Positions 47,681 through 56,761 of a stretch of DNA of 64,000 bases are shown here, one piece after another. Made by a program: the position numbers and the translations under genes. The stretch lies in contig OY970280.1 in the NCBI GenBank assembly GCA_963715865.1, positions 832,001-896,000 of the forward strand, written 5' to 3'. The notes under the pieces are model-generated. The model was not told where the DNA came from and searched no databases. It saw only the letters and a list, made by a program, of their open reading frames with translations. Source of the DNA: Candidatus Bathyarchaeota archaeon. Its GTDB lineage: Archaea > Thermoproteota > Bathyarchaeia > Bathyarchaeales > Bathycorpusculaceae. How positions within the stretch are numbered: the first letter of the stretch is position 1; each line of letters opens with the position of its first letter.

Positions 47681-48745
47681 TTATTCAAATAGGGGTGAGA
47701 GATCTTGAATTCCATAATGAGATTCAACTAACGCTGTCGCTTTTTTTATAAACACATTTTCAAGAATACTTCTGAATTTTTCCAGATCTTCTAAATTCAA
47801 TTTGCAAGATGTTTTTCCATGAATGAGGTTGTTTCGCTCACTCCTTAATTTACGTATTAATTGTTGGTCGTTGCTCGTCAGAGATACACCCAACCTCTCC
47901 AGTAGCTTTTGCCATTTTACCATTAAAGGCGGTTCATTCACTTTCTTTAATGTCTCAACCAAGGCAACCTCTTCTTGAAGTGGCAAAGCAAGATTTTGAA
48001 CTGCCAAGATACTTTTGTTGATATTTTCCTTTTTAGCAAGTTTGGATACTTTTTCATTAGTGCATAGGAACTCGAACGCAATCCAGAGTTGAAGTAAATT
48101 ATCAATTAAAGATTCTATTTCGAAAGACTGCATAAGCCAACTGAGTGTTTCATATAGCGATTGAACACTTTCATTATACTGACTCTTAATTTGTTCCAGC
48201 TTGTCAAGCGTTGGAATTAATGGATCGAAGAAATCTTGAGGACTATGATGGAAAACTAACTGATGTCCAGATTGCACATTCAGTAAGTTGAAGACTGCGC
48301 CTTTTGTTATTGAATCAATAGCCAACCCATAAGGTATTAAATGACACTTTGAGAAAGCTTTACTCATGTTATAATTCAACAGTACTTTTTTGCCATTATC
48401 GTTTATAGAGGGTAAAGTAATATCTGTTCTAAATTGTATCCAATCCACCGCTCGTTTAGTAACTGTCTCAGCCTTAGTTAATGCATCTAAATAATGTTCG
48501 GCAGTCACTTCGACCACGGCAAACGATGGATTGCCCTCCCAAGGTTGATTTCCAAGTGTTTTAGAACCTCTTATTTTATCAGTTAATATTTTGCTGATGT
48601 CATTAGTAAATAGAACTTCCTGTATCGTAAACTCAGATGGAAGAATAAGCCCACGTATCGGAAAAATAACTTTGAAGTTACGTTGAACTAAAAGGGGCTG
48701 ATTACCACCATGAAAAATGGGGGGCAAGTTTGTTGACTTAGCCAC
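47681..48745 (-). CDS. HEPN-domain protein (ApeA-like), putative defence RNase
   Basis: 'LLQLWIAFEFL' helix and RxxxxH motif 'RNNLIHG'. Confidence 0.72.
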   Translation of the reverse strand: MAKSTNLPPIFHGGNQPLLVQRNFKVIFPIRGLILPSEFTIQEVLFTNDISKILTDKIRGSKTLGNQPWEGNPSFAVVEVTAEHYLDALTKAETVTKRAVDWIQFRTDITLPSINDNGKKVLLNYNMSKAFSKCHLIPYGLAIDSITKGAVFNLLNVQSGHQLVFHHSPQDFFDPLIPTLDKLEQIKSQYNESVQSLYETLSWLMQSFEIESLIDNLLQLWIAFEFLCTNEKVSKLAKKENINKSILAVQNLALPLQEEVALVETLKKVNEPPLMVKWQKLLERLGVSLTSNDQQLIRKLRSERNNLIHGKTSCKLNLEDLEKFRSILENVFIKKATALVESHYGIQDLSPLFE

Positions 48746-48797
48746 AAAATAAATAGCATCTTGGGGAGATCTTGAAAAAGGCGATGCAAGTGAAGAC

Positions 48798-49340
48798 TCA
48801 GTTCTGTTTCTTTGCTACGCGGTCTTCAGGTTTAGGCGTAGGCAAACACAAAGCTGAAAAAACACTTTCCTCTGTATCTCCAGCCACCGCAACTTTATCT
48901 TTTGTCAACCCTTCGCTGTACTTCAACCTAAAACCTTTTGACAGGGCATAACTCGCAAGCCACATGTTATGATCTGCTGAACCCGTACGGATAAGCTCTT
49001 GAATGCCAAACGTTTGCTCAGTTGCACGGTAAAAATCAACTTGAAAAAGGCTGTTTTCAAAGGGATAGTTTAGTTTTATCACGCTTTTTCCCGCACAAAT
49101 AACCTTAGCCTTCTTTAAGGCTTGAACAATTTTGCCCCAGTTACATTCAGTTCCAATAGCAACAAAATCCACGTCACCAACCGTTGGCCTCTGCCGTCTG
49201 ATGGAGCCAACTACCTCAAGCTTATCGCATAATGGCTTGACTACACTTTCAACTTGTTTAGCAAGTAGCTGTGCGTTTACTAACTCAAGCTTTGTTAAAA
49301 CATTAGGCTCTTCTTCGCCGAACAATTTAGCCTGCTTCAA
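48798..49340 (-). CDS. Minimal PolX / DNA polymerase beta-like nucleotidyltransferase
   Basis: 'VGSIRRQRPTVGDVDFV', 'QVDFY', 'RTGSADHN', 'TEESVF...LPTPKPEDR'. Confidence 0.85.
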   Translation of the reverse strand: MKQAKLFGEEEPNVLTKLELVNAQLLAKQVESVVKPLCDKLEVVGSIRRQRPTVGDVDFVAIGTECNWGKIVQALKKAKVICAGKSVIKLNYPFENSLFQVDFYRATEQTFGIQELIRTGSADHNMWLASYALSKGFRLKYSEGLTKDKVAVAGDTEESVFSALCLPTPKPEDRVAKKQN

Positions 49341-49373
49341 TGTTCCATTCTTCCCCAGTTCTCAACGGCAAAT

Positions 49374-49487
49374 TTATGATTTCTCTTCAATCTCCAAACG
49401 GAGCTGACAGTTTTCTTTCCCAATACAGTAATCGCAACTAACATATTCTTTTTGGGTTTGGCAATCAATCACTATTTGAGCATACAT
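49374..49487 (-). CDS. Small Cys-rich ORF (37 aa)
   Basis: MYAQIVIDCQTQKEYVSCDYCIGKENCQLRLEIEEKS with GAGG upstream, upstream of PolX. Confidence 0.4.
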   Translation of the reverse strand: MYAQIVIDCQTQKEYVSCDYCIGKENCQLRLEIEEKS

Positions 49488-49660
49488 ACTTTCTCAACCT
49501 CGGGAAGCAACCCTACTTGCAGAACTAGCTTATAGGCAATATCGACTAAATGACAGCACTATTTTAGCTGACTAATGCCTTTTCATCATCAATTGTAAAC
49601 AAAAATATGAGTTAAAGGTCTCTGTTTCCAGTCAACGATAATAGGCAAATGCCTCTAAAA

Positions 49661-49706
49661 GGTGGCGAGCCCGCTGGGATTTGACCCCAAATGGGGTCGG
49701 AACCTA
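49661..49706 (-). repeat. tRNA-3'-like repeat plus hairpin, copy D
   Basis: GGTGGCGAGCCCGCTGGGATTT-GACCCC-AAAT-GGGGTC-GGAACCTATA. Confidence 0.85.
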
Positions 49707-49802
49707 TAACATGGAATCAACAACTTCCGAGAAGACACTGGAAAAACAATACAAGCCCTCCGGCAAACAATTTTTCAAAAAAAACAATTCTGTTTTTTTA
49801 TA

Positions 49803-49842
49803 GCGGGTCCGATGGGATGCGCTTAAACTATTAAGCGAATTC
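49803..49842 (-). repeat. tRNA-3'-like repeat plus hairpin, copy E
   Basis: GCGGGTCCGATGGGATG-CGCTTAA-ACTA-TTAAGCG-AATTC. Confidence 0.8.
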
Positions 49843-49932
49843 CACGAGTTATGAGCATAGAAGCAGTCGTTCCTTTGTTAACGAAGGTCAATCTCTCCGT
49901 ATCTCTTGCTTTCAATAGATAGTAAGAGCAAC

Positions 49933-50065
49933 ATGATGAAGCGTTACGATTTCTGTAAGTGAAGAGATAGCAAAAAAGTTAGAGGAAGAGCGAAAGAAAC
50001 GTCTATTGGATTCGATTTCCGAAACAATAAGGGTGATATCGAGCGAATACTATTCAAAAAGATGA
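49933..50065 (+). pseudogene. CopG/RHH-like small DNA-binding protein, frameshifted just after the start
   Basis: 'VTISVSEEIAKKLEEERKKRLLDSISETIRVI'; ATG 49933/49936 out of frame. Confidence 0.55.
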
Positions 50066-51277
50066 CATTCCCACCACTTCTCCGTTCGCCATTTTATAAA
50101 GAGTATAAAGTCTTCCAAAACTGTCTTCCTTATTTAGTTTTTTTGCTTCTTCCATTTTAAGACGCAAGTAGGATACAATATCTTTGTGTTCTGAATCGTC
50201 TCTCTTCTTCAGTTGGTAAAAAGCGTCCCTGAAGTCGCTCCCAAGTGTTTGCCACTTCGGGTTGCTCCACAGGGTGCTGGCATCATCGATAAGTTTCATT
50301 AAGTAATTCTTGGAATATTCATGTAATTGTAGAAGTATGTTGAAAACATTGGAAATAGAAGTAGTGTCGTAATTAGGGTCATCGTAGAATTTGCCTATTT
50401 CTTTTAGCCATTTTTGGTTGATAGCGGTTGTAACTTGTTCGCTAAAATGATTGATAATCATGGCGAGAAATTGTATATACTTCTCGGCATGAGACTCATG
50501 GAAAAGTTTCTCAGGTATAACACATTCTAAGGTTTTCTCAATTTCGTCTTTCACTTCGTTCCATTTGTAGTTGTCGCAGAGAGTACGGAGCTTATCCTGA
50601 AAATTGTCTAGCATTATTGCTTTTATGTCTGTGTTAGATGCTTCCTGTACTGCGTCTGATGCTTCTTTAAACGCATTAATTCGATTCGTATATGTAGTAT
50701 TGCGCTTAGTAATAAGCAGTTGTTGAGATTTCCACATATTATAGAGTTCGTTTGTTGTAAACCAAGCAAAAAACGATAATAACCCGATACCAAAAAGAAT
50801 TAGACTTATCTTACCAACAAGAATTTGGTTACCCATATTAGGTAACGCAGGCGTGACTGACAAGCTAAAGGCAATAGCGATTACTGTTACGCCCATGATT
50901 AGCATTGTAATCATGGTAATCCAAACCATTGGTCTCTTTTCTTTCTCTATGGGCGGTCTTCTAAAAAACTTAGAAAGTGAATTTGTGCCTTTTTGGATAG
51001 GCGGTGATATTGTGACATTTTCGCCTTTGGCGCCCGCACGATTGCGTCGTGCGTGAATCTGATAACCCAGCCAAAGAGCAGAGAGAAAGAAAATCAACAG
51101 AGCCAAAACTACGAAGAGTATAAAGTAATTTGCCAAGAAATCAACTCCGCGAAATAGAGGTTCGGGTATAAAACCCAACAAAACCAAGAGCCACAGGATT
51201 GAGCCGATGTTGCTTGTTGCTGAAAGAAGAAATTTCAACACACTCATTATCTTGTGGGTTTCCATGGTCATCAACAT
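50054..51277 (-). CDS. Membrane protein (4 predicted TMs) with large helical cytoplasmic domain
   Basis: 407-aa ORF, two TM hairpins then helical repeats; AT-rich. Confidence 0.8.
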   Translation of the reverse strand: MLMTMETHKIMSVLKFLLSATSNIGSILWLLVLLGFIPEPLFRGVDFLANYFILFVVLALLIFFLSALWLGYQIHARRNRAGAKGENVTISPPIQKGTNSLSKFFRRPPIEKEKRPMVWITMITMLIMGVTVIAIAFSLSVTPALPNMGNQILVGKISLILFGIGLLSFFAWFTTNELYNMWKSQQLLITKRNTTYTNRINAFKEASDAVQEASNTDIKAIMLDNFQDKLRTLCDNYKWNEVKDEIEKTLECVIPEKLFHESHAEKYIQFLAMIINHFSEQVTTAINQKWLKEIGKFYDDPNYDTTSISNVFNILLQLHEYSKNYLMKLIDDASTLWSNPKWQTLGSDFRDAFYQLKKRDDSEHKDIVSYLRLKMEEAKKLNKEDSFGRLYTLYKMANGEVVGMSSF

Positions 51278-51431
51278 GTGCCCATTTAAATTTAACTTTT
51301 ACCCCGATAGTTACACTGACATTCTGAAACTCTCAAACCCCGAAAAATTATCCGAACCCCTTTTCGGTTGTTTTAAATAGCCCTTCTTTAGATACGAAGA
51401 AGTGAAAAGCAAAACGTAGGAACTAATAGAC

Positions 51432-52040
51432 TTGATGCCTAACACAAGATGTGTTAAATTTGATGTCCCCAAGGATTGCAAACTAAGAAAATACTCGGAG
51501 CAATTAGTGTACATTTTTAAAAACAAAGACTACAAAGAAGATTTCAATAACTTTAGCGACCAACTATTCCATGATAGCTTTGCTTTCGTCAAAAAAGAGC
51601 TAAAAACAGACAAGCATCCTGTTATAGTAGTCGAGTTCGTTTACACTCAAACAGAATATGAAAGACTTGAAAAACAAGTAAACCAATTTGTGTACCAAAG
51701 AGAGAAGCCAAAAATTAAAACTCTTGGGTTTACGATAACAAGTAACTTCAGCAACAAGATTTACATTAATTTTGAGCCTCTTTTTGGGCTAATAGAAAAA
51801 AATTGTTCCGCCTTCGTGTTTAATCTAGTTTCAACGCTAATTCATGAAATTTTGCATTGCTTCTATCGTGACTTGAAAGATGAGCAAGCAACTTACGACC
51901 TTCACTGTAAAATGCTTGAAGTCTTTTTAGGCATAACTTTACCCGATGAAATGAAAGAGACAAAAGCATCCGATTACTATACATCAAAGATGCAGAAGTT
52001 AAATAGCTTAGGTGACGATTTTTCAAATAGACAAACCTAA
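51432..52040 (+). CDS. HExxH metallopeptidase-like protein (SprT-like)
   Basis: 'NKIYINF...STLIHEILHCF'. Confidence 0.65.
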   Translation: MMPNTRCVKFDVPKDCKLRKYSEQLVYIFKNKDYKEDFNNFSDQLFHDSFAFVKKELKTDKHPVIVVEFVYTQTEYERLEKQVNQFVYQREKPKIKTLGFTITSNFSNKIYINFEPLFGLIEKNCSAFVFNLVSTLIHEILHCFYRDLKDEQATYDLHCKMLEVFLGITLPDEMKETKASDYYTSKMQKLNSLGDDFSNRQT

Positions 52041-52102
52041 AAAGCGTTGCCCCAAGTCACTCATGTAAACGAAGACGCACAGCAAAAAGAAAAAAGGAAG
52101 AT

Positions 52103-53101
52103 TTAAGATGATTCTCTTACAGCAAAGAGAGTTTCCATCTTTTTCTGGTAATCTCTAAAACCGAATCCTGGATAAATCAAAAGAGTTTTTGGTTCAGCGA
52201 CTACGCTTTTTAGATACCCCTCATAGATTTTCTTGTTGTTTTTATCTTCCAAGAAATCCATTATTTGATTTAGCTGTTTTTCTCCAGCTTCACCAAGCTT
52301 CTTTTCTATGTTATCTATCTTCTCATCAAAGTTCTCAGAATCTTCCGAGTAGCGAAGCGGATTAGTTAGCGAGATTTTAATGCTTCTGAATAAGTCTTCA
52401 AGGTCCCAAGGTTGAAATATGCTGTTTTCTGCTTCTTTGAGTTTTTTTAGATGTCGCATAGCTTCGTAATAAACTGCTTGATCCGTTGGTTCACCTTGCT
52501 CTGGAAATTCTTTCTTCAAGCTGAAACGTGCGACAAGGGCAACCTGATTCAATCTTGCTGTTTCCACTTCTTTCTGTTCTTGTCGGCAAACAAGATTATA
52601 GGCTTCCAAAAGTAGCTTTCTGTATCTTAATATGATTTCATGTTCCTTAGGACCGCGCTCTGAAAGAACAAATTTTTCCCATATGTTCATAATTCTTTCT
52701 TCGACTTCAATAAAAGGAGAACCCTTTGAAAAATCGTCATCAATTAGCTTTCTAAGAATTGGTGAATCTGTAACAATCAGCCAACGAAAGTAGTAAGAAA
52801 GCCCTAATTTATTTTTGTCCTTTTCATGCAGCTGTTTGGAGAATTGTTCATTCAAGAATTCAGAAATATCACTGAGGAACATAGACTCTAAGCCTATTGG
52901 CTTTCTCTCAAATTTACGGGTTTCAATATTTCTTTCAATTAAACCTAGACTTTGAAGATGTTTTAGGTAATCGGAAAGGAGCGTAGGTTGATGAGAAAAA
53001 CCAGACAATTCCCCTATCTCTTTATTCCTTTGTGGCCCTTTTTCCAGAGCCTTTAATATTCTTATTTCGCCAGGAGCCAGTTTCCTCTCCTTACTTTTCA
53101 T
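52103..53101 (-). CDS. Winged-HTH protein with long helical C-terminus
   Basis: 'RILKALEKGPQRNKEIGELSG...LLSDYLKHLQSLGLIER'. Confidence 0.8.
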   Translation of the reverse strand: MKSKERKLAPGEIRILKALEKGPQRNKEIGELSGFSHQPTLLSDYLKHLQSLGLIERNIETRKFERKPIGLESMFLSDISEFLNEQFSKQLHEKDKNKLGLSYYFRWLIVTDSPILRKLIDDDFSKGSPFIEVEERIMNIWEKFVLSERGPKEHEIILRYRKLLLEAYNLVCRQEQKEVETARLNQVALVARFSLKKEFPEQGEPTDQAVYYEAMRHLKKLKEAENSIFQPWDLEDLFRSIKISLTNPLRYSEDSENFDEKIDNIEKKLGEAGEKQLNQIMDFLEDKNNKKIYEGYLKSVVAEPKTLLIYPGFGFRDYQKKMETLFAVRESS

Positions 53102-53237
53102 TAACTACACCATAACTATAGAAACTACAGTATAAGTATATTAGTTTTTCTTGGATTTTAACTATGATTAATGAGAAGTAACAAATGCCAAACATTAGAA
53201 AATTAATGAAACTTTATTACGGCAAAGAACCACGCGA

Positions 53238-53768
53238 GTGGTATATACTTCACAGGTTTTTCGGAGGGATTCTTTGACTCAATCGTTTAATGTCATGATT
53301 TGCGCTTCTCAAGAAACGCATCCAGACTTCATTAAATGTGCTGAAGGTGTTTGCAAAAAGAGACGATATAATATGATTTTCTCTCCATACAAATCACAAG
53401 AAAAACTTTTAGAAAAATTCGAAAACAGTTTACCTGACGCCAATATAATTTTAATGGACGTAACACCTCAAGAGCTTAAAGATTCAGAAAATAAAACACA
53501 CTACATTACAAATCAAGGAGTACTGATCGAATTTGGGTATATCATTGCCTTAAGAGACTATTACAAATTTCTTTACATTTTTTGTGATGCAACTAAGCTA
53601 GAAAAAACACACCCATATGTTCGAAACGAAACCATCAACAAATATTCAAAAGACAATCTGAGAGAAAAAATTCTCGGAAAAGTTGACGAACGCCTAAAAA
53701 GAATACCTTGCGAGTACATTACAGATAGAAAACGAATTAAAAACCTAGAAGAAAAAATTCTTAGATAA
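53238..53768 (+). CDS. Nucleoside-deoxyribosyltransferase/TIR-like fold protein
   Basis: 'IILMDVT...NQGVLIEFGYIIAL' matches the D-x-T...N.(G/N)V..E.GY..AL signature. Confidence 0.65.
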   Translation: MVYTSQVFRRDSLTQSFNVMICASQETHPDFIKCAEGVCKKRRYNMIFSPYKSQEKLLEKFENSLPDANIILMDVTPQELKDSENKTHYITNQGVLIEFGYIIALRDYYKFLYIFCDATKLEKTHPYVRNETINKYSKDNLREKILGKVDERLKRIPCEYITDRKRIKNLEEKILR

Positions 53769-53771
53769 AGG

Positions 53772-53999
53772 AACGAGTTAGACGGCAAAGCGTTAACCTA
53801 CGAATGGACAGACATTCCCTCTATTGGTGCTCATGTTTTTGAACGCTTAGATTGCCCAACCAAAAAATCCTCTTGCTTCTAGAGAGAATATCCAAATTGA
53901 TCACGAGAGAGGGAGAAACTGTTCTTGACCCCTTCTGTGGTTGTGGAACTACAATTATGGCCTTTAAGGGATTGAAGAAACGGTGGATTGGTAAAGACT
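53772..53999 (+). pseudogene. Relic of a beta-class N6A/N4C DNA methyltransferase
   Basis: Two frames: 'WTDIPSIGAHVFERLDCPTKK' and 'LLERISKLITREGETVLDPFCGCGTT...KRWIG'. Confidence 0.8.
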
Positions 54000-54107
54000 A
54001 ACATAATTGGCAATTTCATTTATTCATTCCCGTCTGACCTCTGAGAAAGCACTGATGATCACTATAGCGGCGGGGTCAAATTACAGCATCCAACAAACGT
54101 TGCAAAG

Positions 54108-54181
54108 CGGGTCATACAAAGGATTCGCTTAATGTTATTAGCGGGTCCGATGGGATTTGAACCGTGTTGGGTTCAAGCCGC
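54108..54181 (-). repeat. tRNA-3'-like repeats, copy F preceded by a degenerate copy
   Basis: GGATTCGCTTAATGTTATTAGCG overlapping GCGGGTCCGATGGGAT-TTGAACC-GTGTTG-GGTTCAA-GCCGC. Confidence 0.8.
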
Positions 54182-54231
54182 ATTTATCGGACAACGCTTC
54201 TCCCGAACCAAACCAACATTCTATCTTGAAT

Positions 54232-54276
54232 GCGGACCCAGTGGGATTTGAACCCAAAAGGGTTCAAAACCTTATT
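54232..54276 (-). repeat. tRNA-3'-like repeat plus hairpin, copy G
   Basis: GCGGACCCAGTGGGAT-TTGAACCC-AAAA-GGGTTCAA-AACCTTATT. Confidence 0.85.
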
Positions 54277-54373
54277 CAAATAAGAAGGGATAATCTTCTC
54301 GTCTCAAATAGGAGCGGGCGGAAAAGAAGACTGACAACTCTGCTAATAAAATGTTAAGAATTATCCTCCAAAA

Positions 54374-54410
54374 GCGGGCCCGCTGGGACTCGAACCCCGC
54401 GGGGCGAATA
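54374..54410 (-). repeat. tRNA-3'-like repeat, copy H
   Basis: GCGGGCCCGCTGGGACTCGAACCCC-GC-GGGGCGAAT. Confidence 0.8.
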
Positions 54411-54482
54411 TGTACTATCCACCTTTTTCCATGCACAAAAATTTAAACAGAGAGCCGCTTTTCGTGTATTAGAGGAAACTAA

Positions 54483-54722
54483 GTGTCTGGAAAATGGCTT
54501 AATTCTCACACCTATGGCTTAATGGCTCTTCTGTCTGGTATAACAGGCATCTTGTCTATAGCGGTTTCGCGAGCCTATTTGCCTGCTGGTTCATTGTTTG
54601 CGTTGCCTCTTTTAGTTTTAGGTTTATTTCTAGTTGTGGTTTCGGTTGTTTTCTTGTTCTTTTTCTTTACGATGCAGTGGCGTTGGACACATGGTCAACC
54701 ACAGCCACGTCCATTGACCTAA
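54483..54722 (+). CDS. Small two-TM membrane protein
   Basis: 79 aa, two hydrophobic helices, GAGGA SD. Confidence 0.6.
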   Translation: MSGKWLNSHTYGLMALLSGITGILSIAVSRAYLPAGSLFALPLLVLGLFLVVVSVVFLFFFFTMQWRWTHGQPQPRPLT

Positions 54723-54759
54723 AAGCTAAATCGTTACGTTGTTACTAATCAGCCTTTTG

Positions 54760-55164
54760 TCACCCTTGCAAAGTTATTGTTTGTCCTGCAACATCATAGG
54801 AAATTACATTATACAAGTAGTTACCCAATAACAGAGTTTGATTAGAACCTAAGTCGTATTGAACAATTGGTTTACTATGTTCAAAAGTCGGAACAACAGG
54901 TGGCAGAAAACTTGCTACAGTTTGATTCATGTAAACTAACGTGTATTGAGAATCGTCTATCTCGTCCCCAACATGATAAGTTGCAGTAACTGGTATTTGC
55001 TTTTGAGAATTTTGAGCATTTTTAATTATCGGCTCTCCATACAGGACAAAGGTGAAAACTATGAGTGTCGTAACGACAATTGCTAGGATGATTTTTTGTT
55101 TATTTTTATCCATTTTTACCACCGATTTTAGCTTTTTCAATCTCCACTCGCTAGATGTTTTCAT
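54760..55164 (-). CDS. Small membrane-anchored secreted protein
   Basis: 'KQKIILAIVVTTLIVFTFVLY' then beta-rich domain; start probably ATG 55113. Confidence 0.65.
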   Translation of the reverse strand: MKTSSEWRLKKLKSVVKMDKNKQKIILAIVVTTLIVFTFVLYGEPIIKNAQNSQKQIPVTATYHVGDEIDDSQYTLVYMNQTVASFLPPVVPTFEHSKPIVQYDLGSNQTLLLGNYLYNVISYDVAGQTITLQG

Positions 55165-55230
55165 CTTTGAAGAATAGTGTTTGCAAGCGGGATTGCACGG
55201 AAATAGATGGGGTCTGAACTGCTTTTTTCT

Positions 55231-55488
55231 TTACGTACGACGTTTTCGTCGCCGAATTAAAATCATCACTCCGTACATCACTCCTCCAGTGAATAGCGAA
55301 ATAAAGACTCCTTGAAATAGATTATACGCCAGACTCTCACCATCAAAAAAATTAGAGATTAAACCAAACGATAAGAAGAAACCTACCATAATTATAATAA
55401 TTCCCGCGTTTGGAAGCTCTTGAATCTTGAAAAGTCGCTTTAACCTGTCTTCAAATGAGGACAAAGTAGATGCCACTACCTTCAACAC
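55231..55488 (-). CDS. Small two-TM membrane protein
   Basis: Two hydrophobic helices and basic tail RRRKRRT; start uncertain. Confidence 0.55.
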   Translation of the reverse strand: MLKVVASTLSSFEDRLKRLFKIQELPNAGIIIIMVGFFLSFGLISNFFDGESLAYNLFQGVFISLFTGGVMYGVMILIRRRKRRT

Positions 55489-55648
55489 ATTGTGAGAGCA
55501 GCAAGTATTTTACATTTTTCCCTGTCTTTGGGCAGAGCGAGTTTCTTGAATACCGATGGCGGAATACGCCAAGATGTACGTGGTAAGTTATCCCACGAAA
55601 AGCTTTCAAAAGGTTCCAGTCAAACGATAATGAGTAAATGTCTATGCA

Positions 55649-55692
55649 GGTGGCGAACCCGCTGGGATTCGTTTAATTATTTAAGCGAATCC
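55649..55692 (-). repeat. tRNA-3'-like repeat plus hairpin, copy I
   Basis: GGTGGCGAACCCGCTG-GGATTCGTTTAA-TTAT-TTAAGCGAATCC; first 20 nt match copy D at 19/20. Confidence 0.85.
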
Positions 55693-55715
55693 TTTGTCTT
55701 AACCACAAACGAATA

Positions 55716-55746
55716 GTGGATCGCTGGGATTTGAACCCTAGGACAA
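55716..55746 (-). repeat. tRNA-3'-like repeat, copy J
   Basis: GTGGATCGCTGGGATTTGAACCCTAGGAC; similarity reaches the variable-loop GTCC. Confidence 0.75.
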
Positions 55747-55895
55747 GTGGAGATATCTCCCGCGCCATCTTCCCTCTTTTTCTTTTGGCTAAAGAAAACT
55801 CGGTTTTTCATAACCATTTCATTTTTGATTCTCGGATAACGTTCGTGCTGGAGTCGCATTTTTTATTATTCATACTTGCAGCTACGCCAGTCTCG

Positions 55896-56108
55896 TTAGG
55901 GGTTTACTCTTCCAACTCTTCTCAACAGTACGTTGGCTATCAAAGCCACAGCCAAATCGGCTAAAATCCAAACTATGAACGTAATAACTCCTAAGAGAGC
56001 CAAAAAAGTGAACAGCAGCAGAAGAGCTATTGCAATTATGCCGATTCTTTTCTTTCTTCGGCGTAATTTATCAGGGGTCAAATTAGTTGCGGCAGGCATA
56101 TCCGTCAC
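55896..56108 (-). CDS. Small two-TM membrane protein
   Basis: Basic N-terminus and two TMs. Confidence 0.7.
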   Translation of the reverse strand: MTDMPAATNLTPDKLRRRKKRIGIIAIALLLLFTFLALLGVITFIVWILADLAVALIANVLLRRVGRVNP

Positions 56109-56168
56109 TTTTAACTCAATATCAAAGGTCTTAAAATATTAATCTTCAAGATATTCTAGATAATTGCT

Positions 56169-56740
56169 GTGCAATTACAGAAACTCAGAGAGGTTAGCTG
56201 GTCTAACCCTGATGTCCCGCTCAATGAAGTCAGATTACTTTTTAGTTTCATCAAAGGTTGGGACCGCTTTTTTCAAGGGGATGCTGACCACTTTAAAGAA
56301 ATCTATACAGAAGTTTTTCCTGCAATCGATAAGGTAAGAAAAGAGAAAATTGAAGAAATAATACTCACAGACGAAATGACTGTAGAAATTCGTAGAACCT
56401 TTGATAAAATAGCTAATTGCACAGGATTTGATAGATAGGATCCACAGATGCCTCCAAGATTCTTCATACTCTTGTCCCAAACTTCTTCATAATGTGGGAT
56501 GATCGTATAAAGGAGATGACCGTACAAGGTGGAAACAACGGAGCGGTTTATGCTATCAAGTTTTTGCCAAAAATGCAATTGGAGCTGAGAGAAGCAATTG
56601 AAACTTGCAAGAAAGATAATGGAACAACACGCGAAGAAGCGATTAGATACATCTGCGAGAAGTGCCACGGAAGAACTCTAGCCAAGATAGTTGACGAATA
56701 TAACTATATGAAATATACTAAAGGATATTCTACGCTCTGA
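56169..56740 (+). pseudogene. One hypothetical gene split by a -1 frameshift at ~56435
   Basis: Joined reading '...CTGFDR/IGSTDASKILHTLVPNFFIMWDDRI...TLAKIVDEYNY' is a continuous protein-like motif series. Confidence 0.7.
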
Positions 56741-56761
56741 GTGCAGCAAGAGTTGGTTGGA

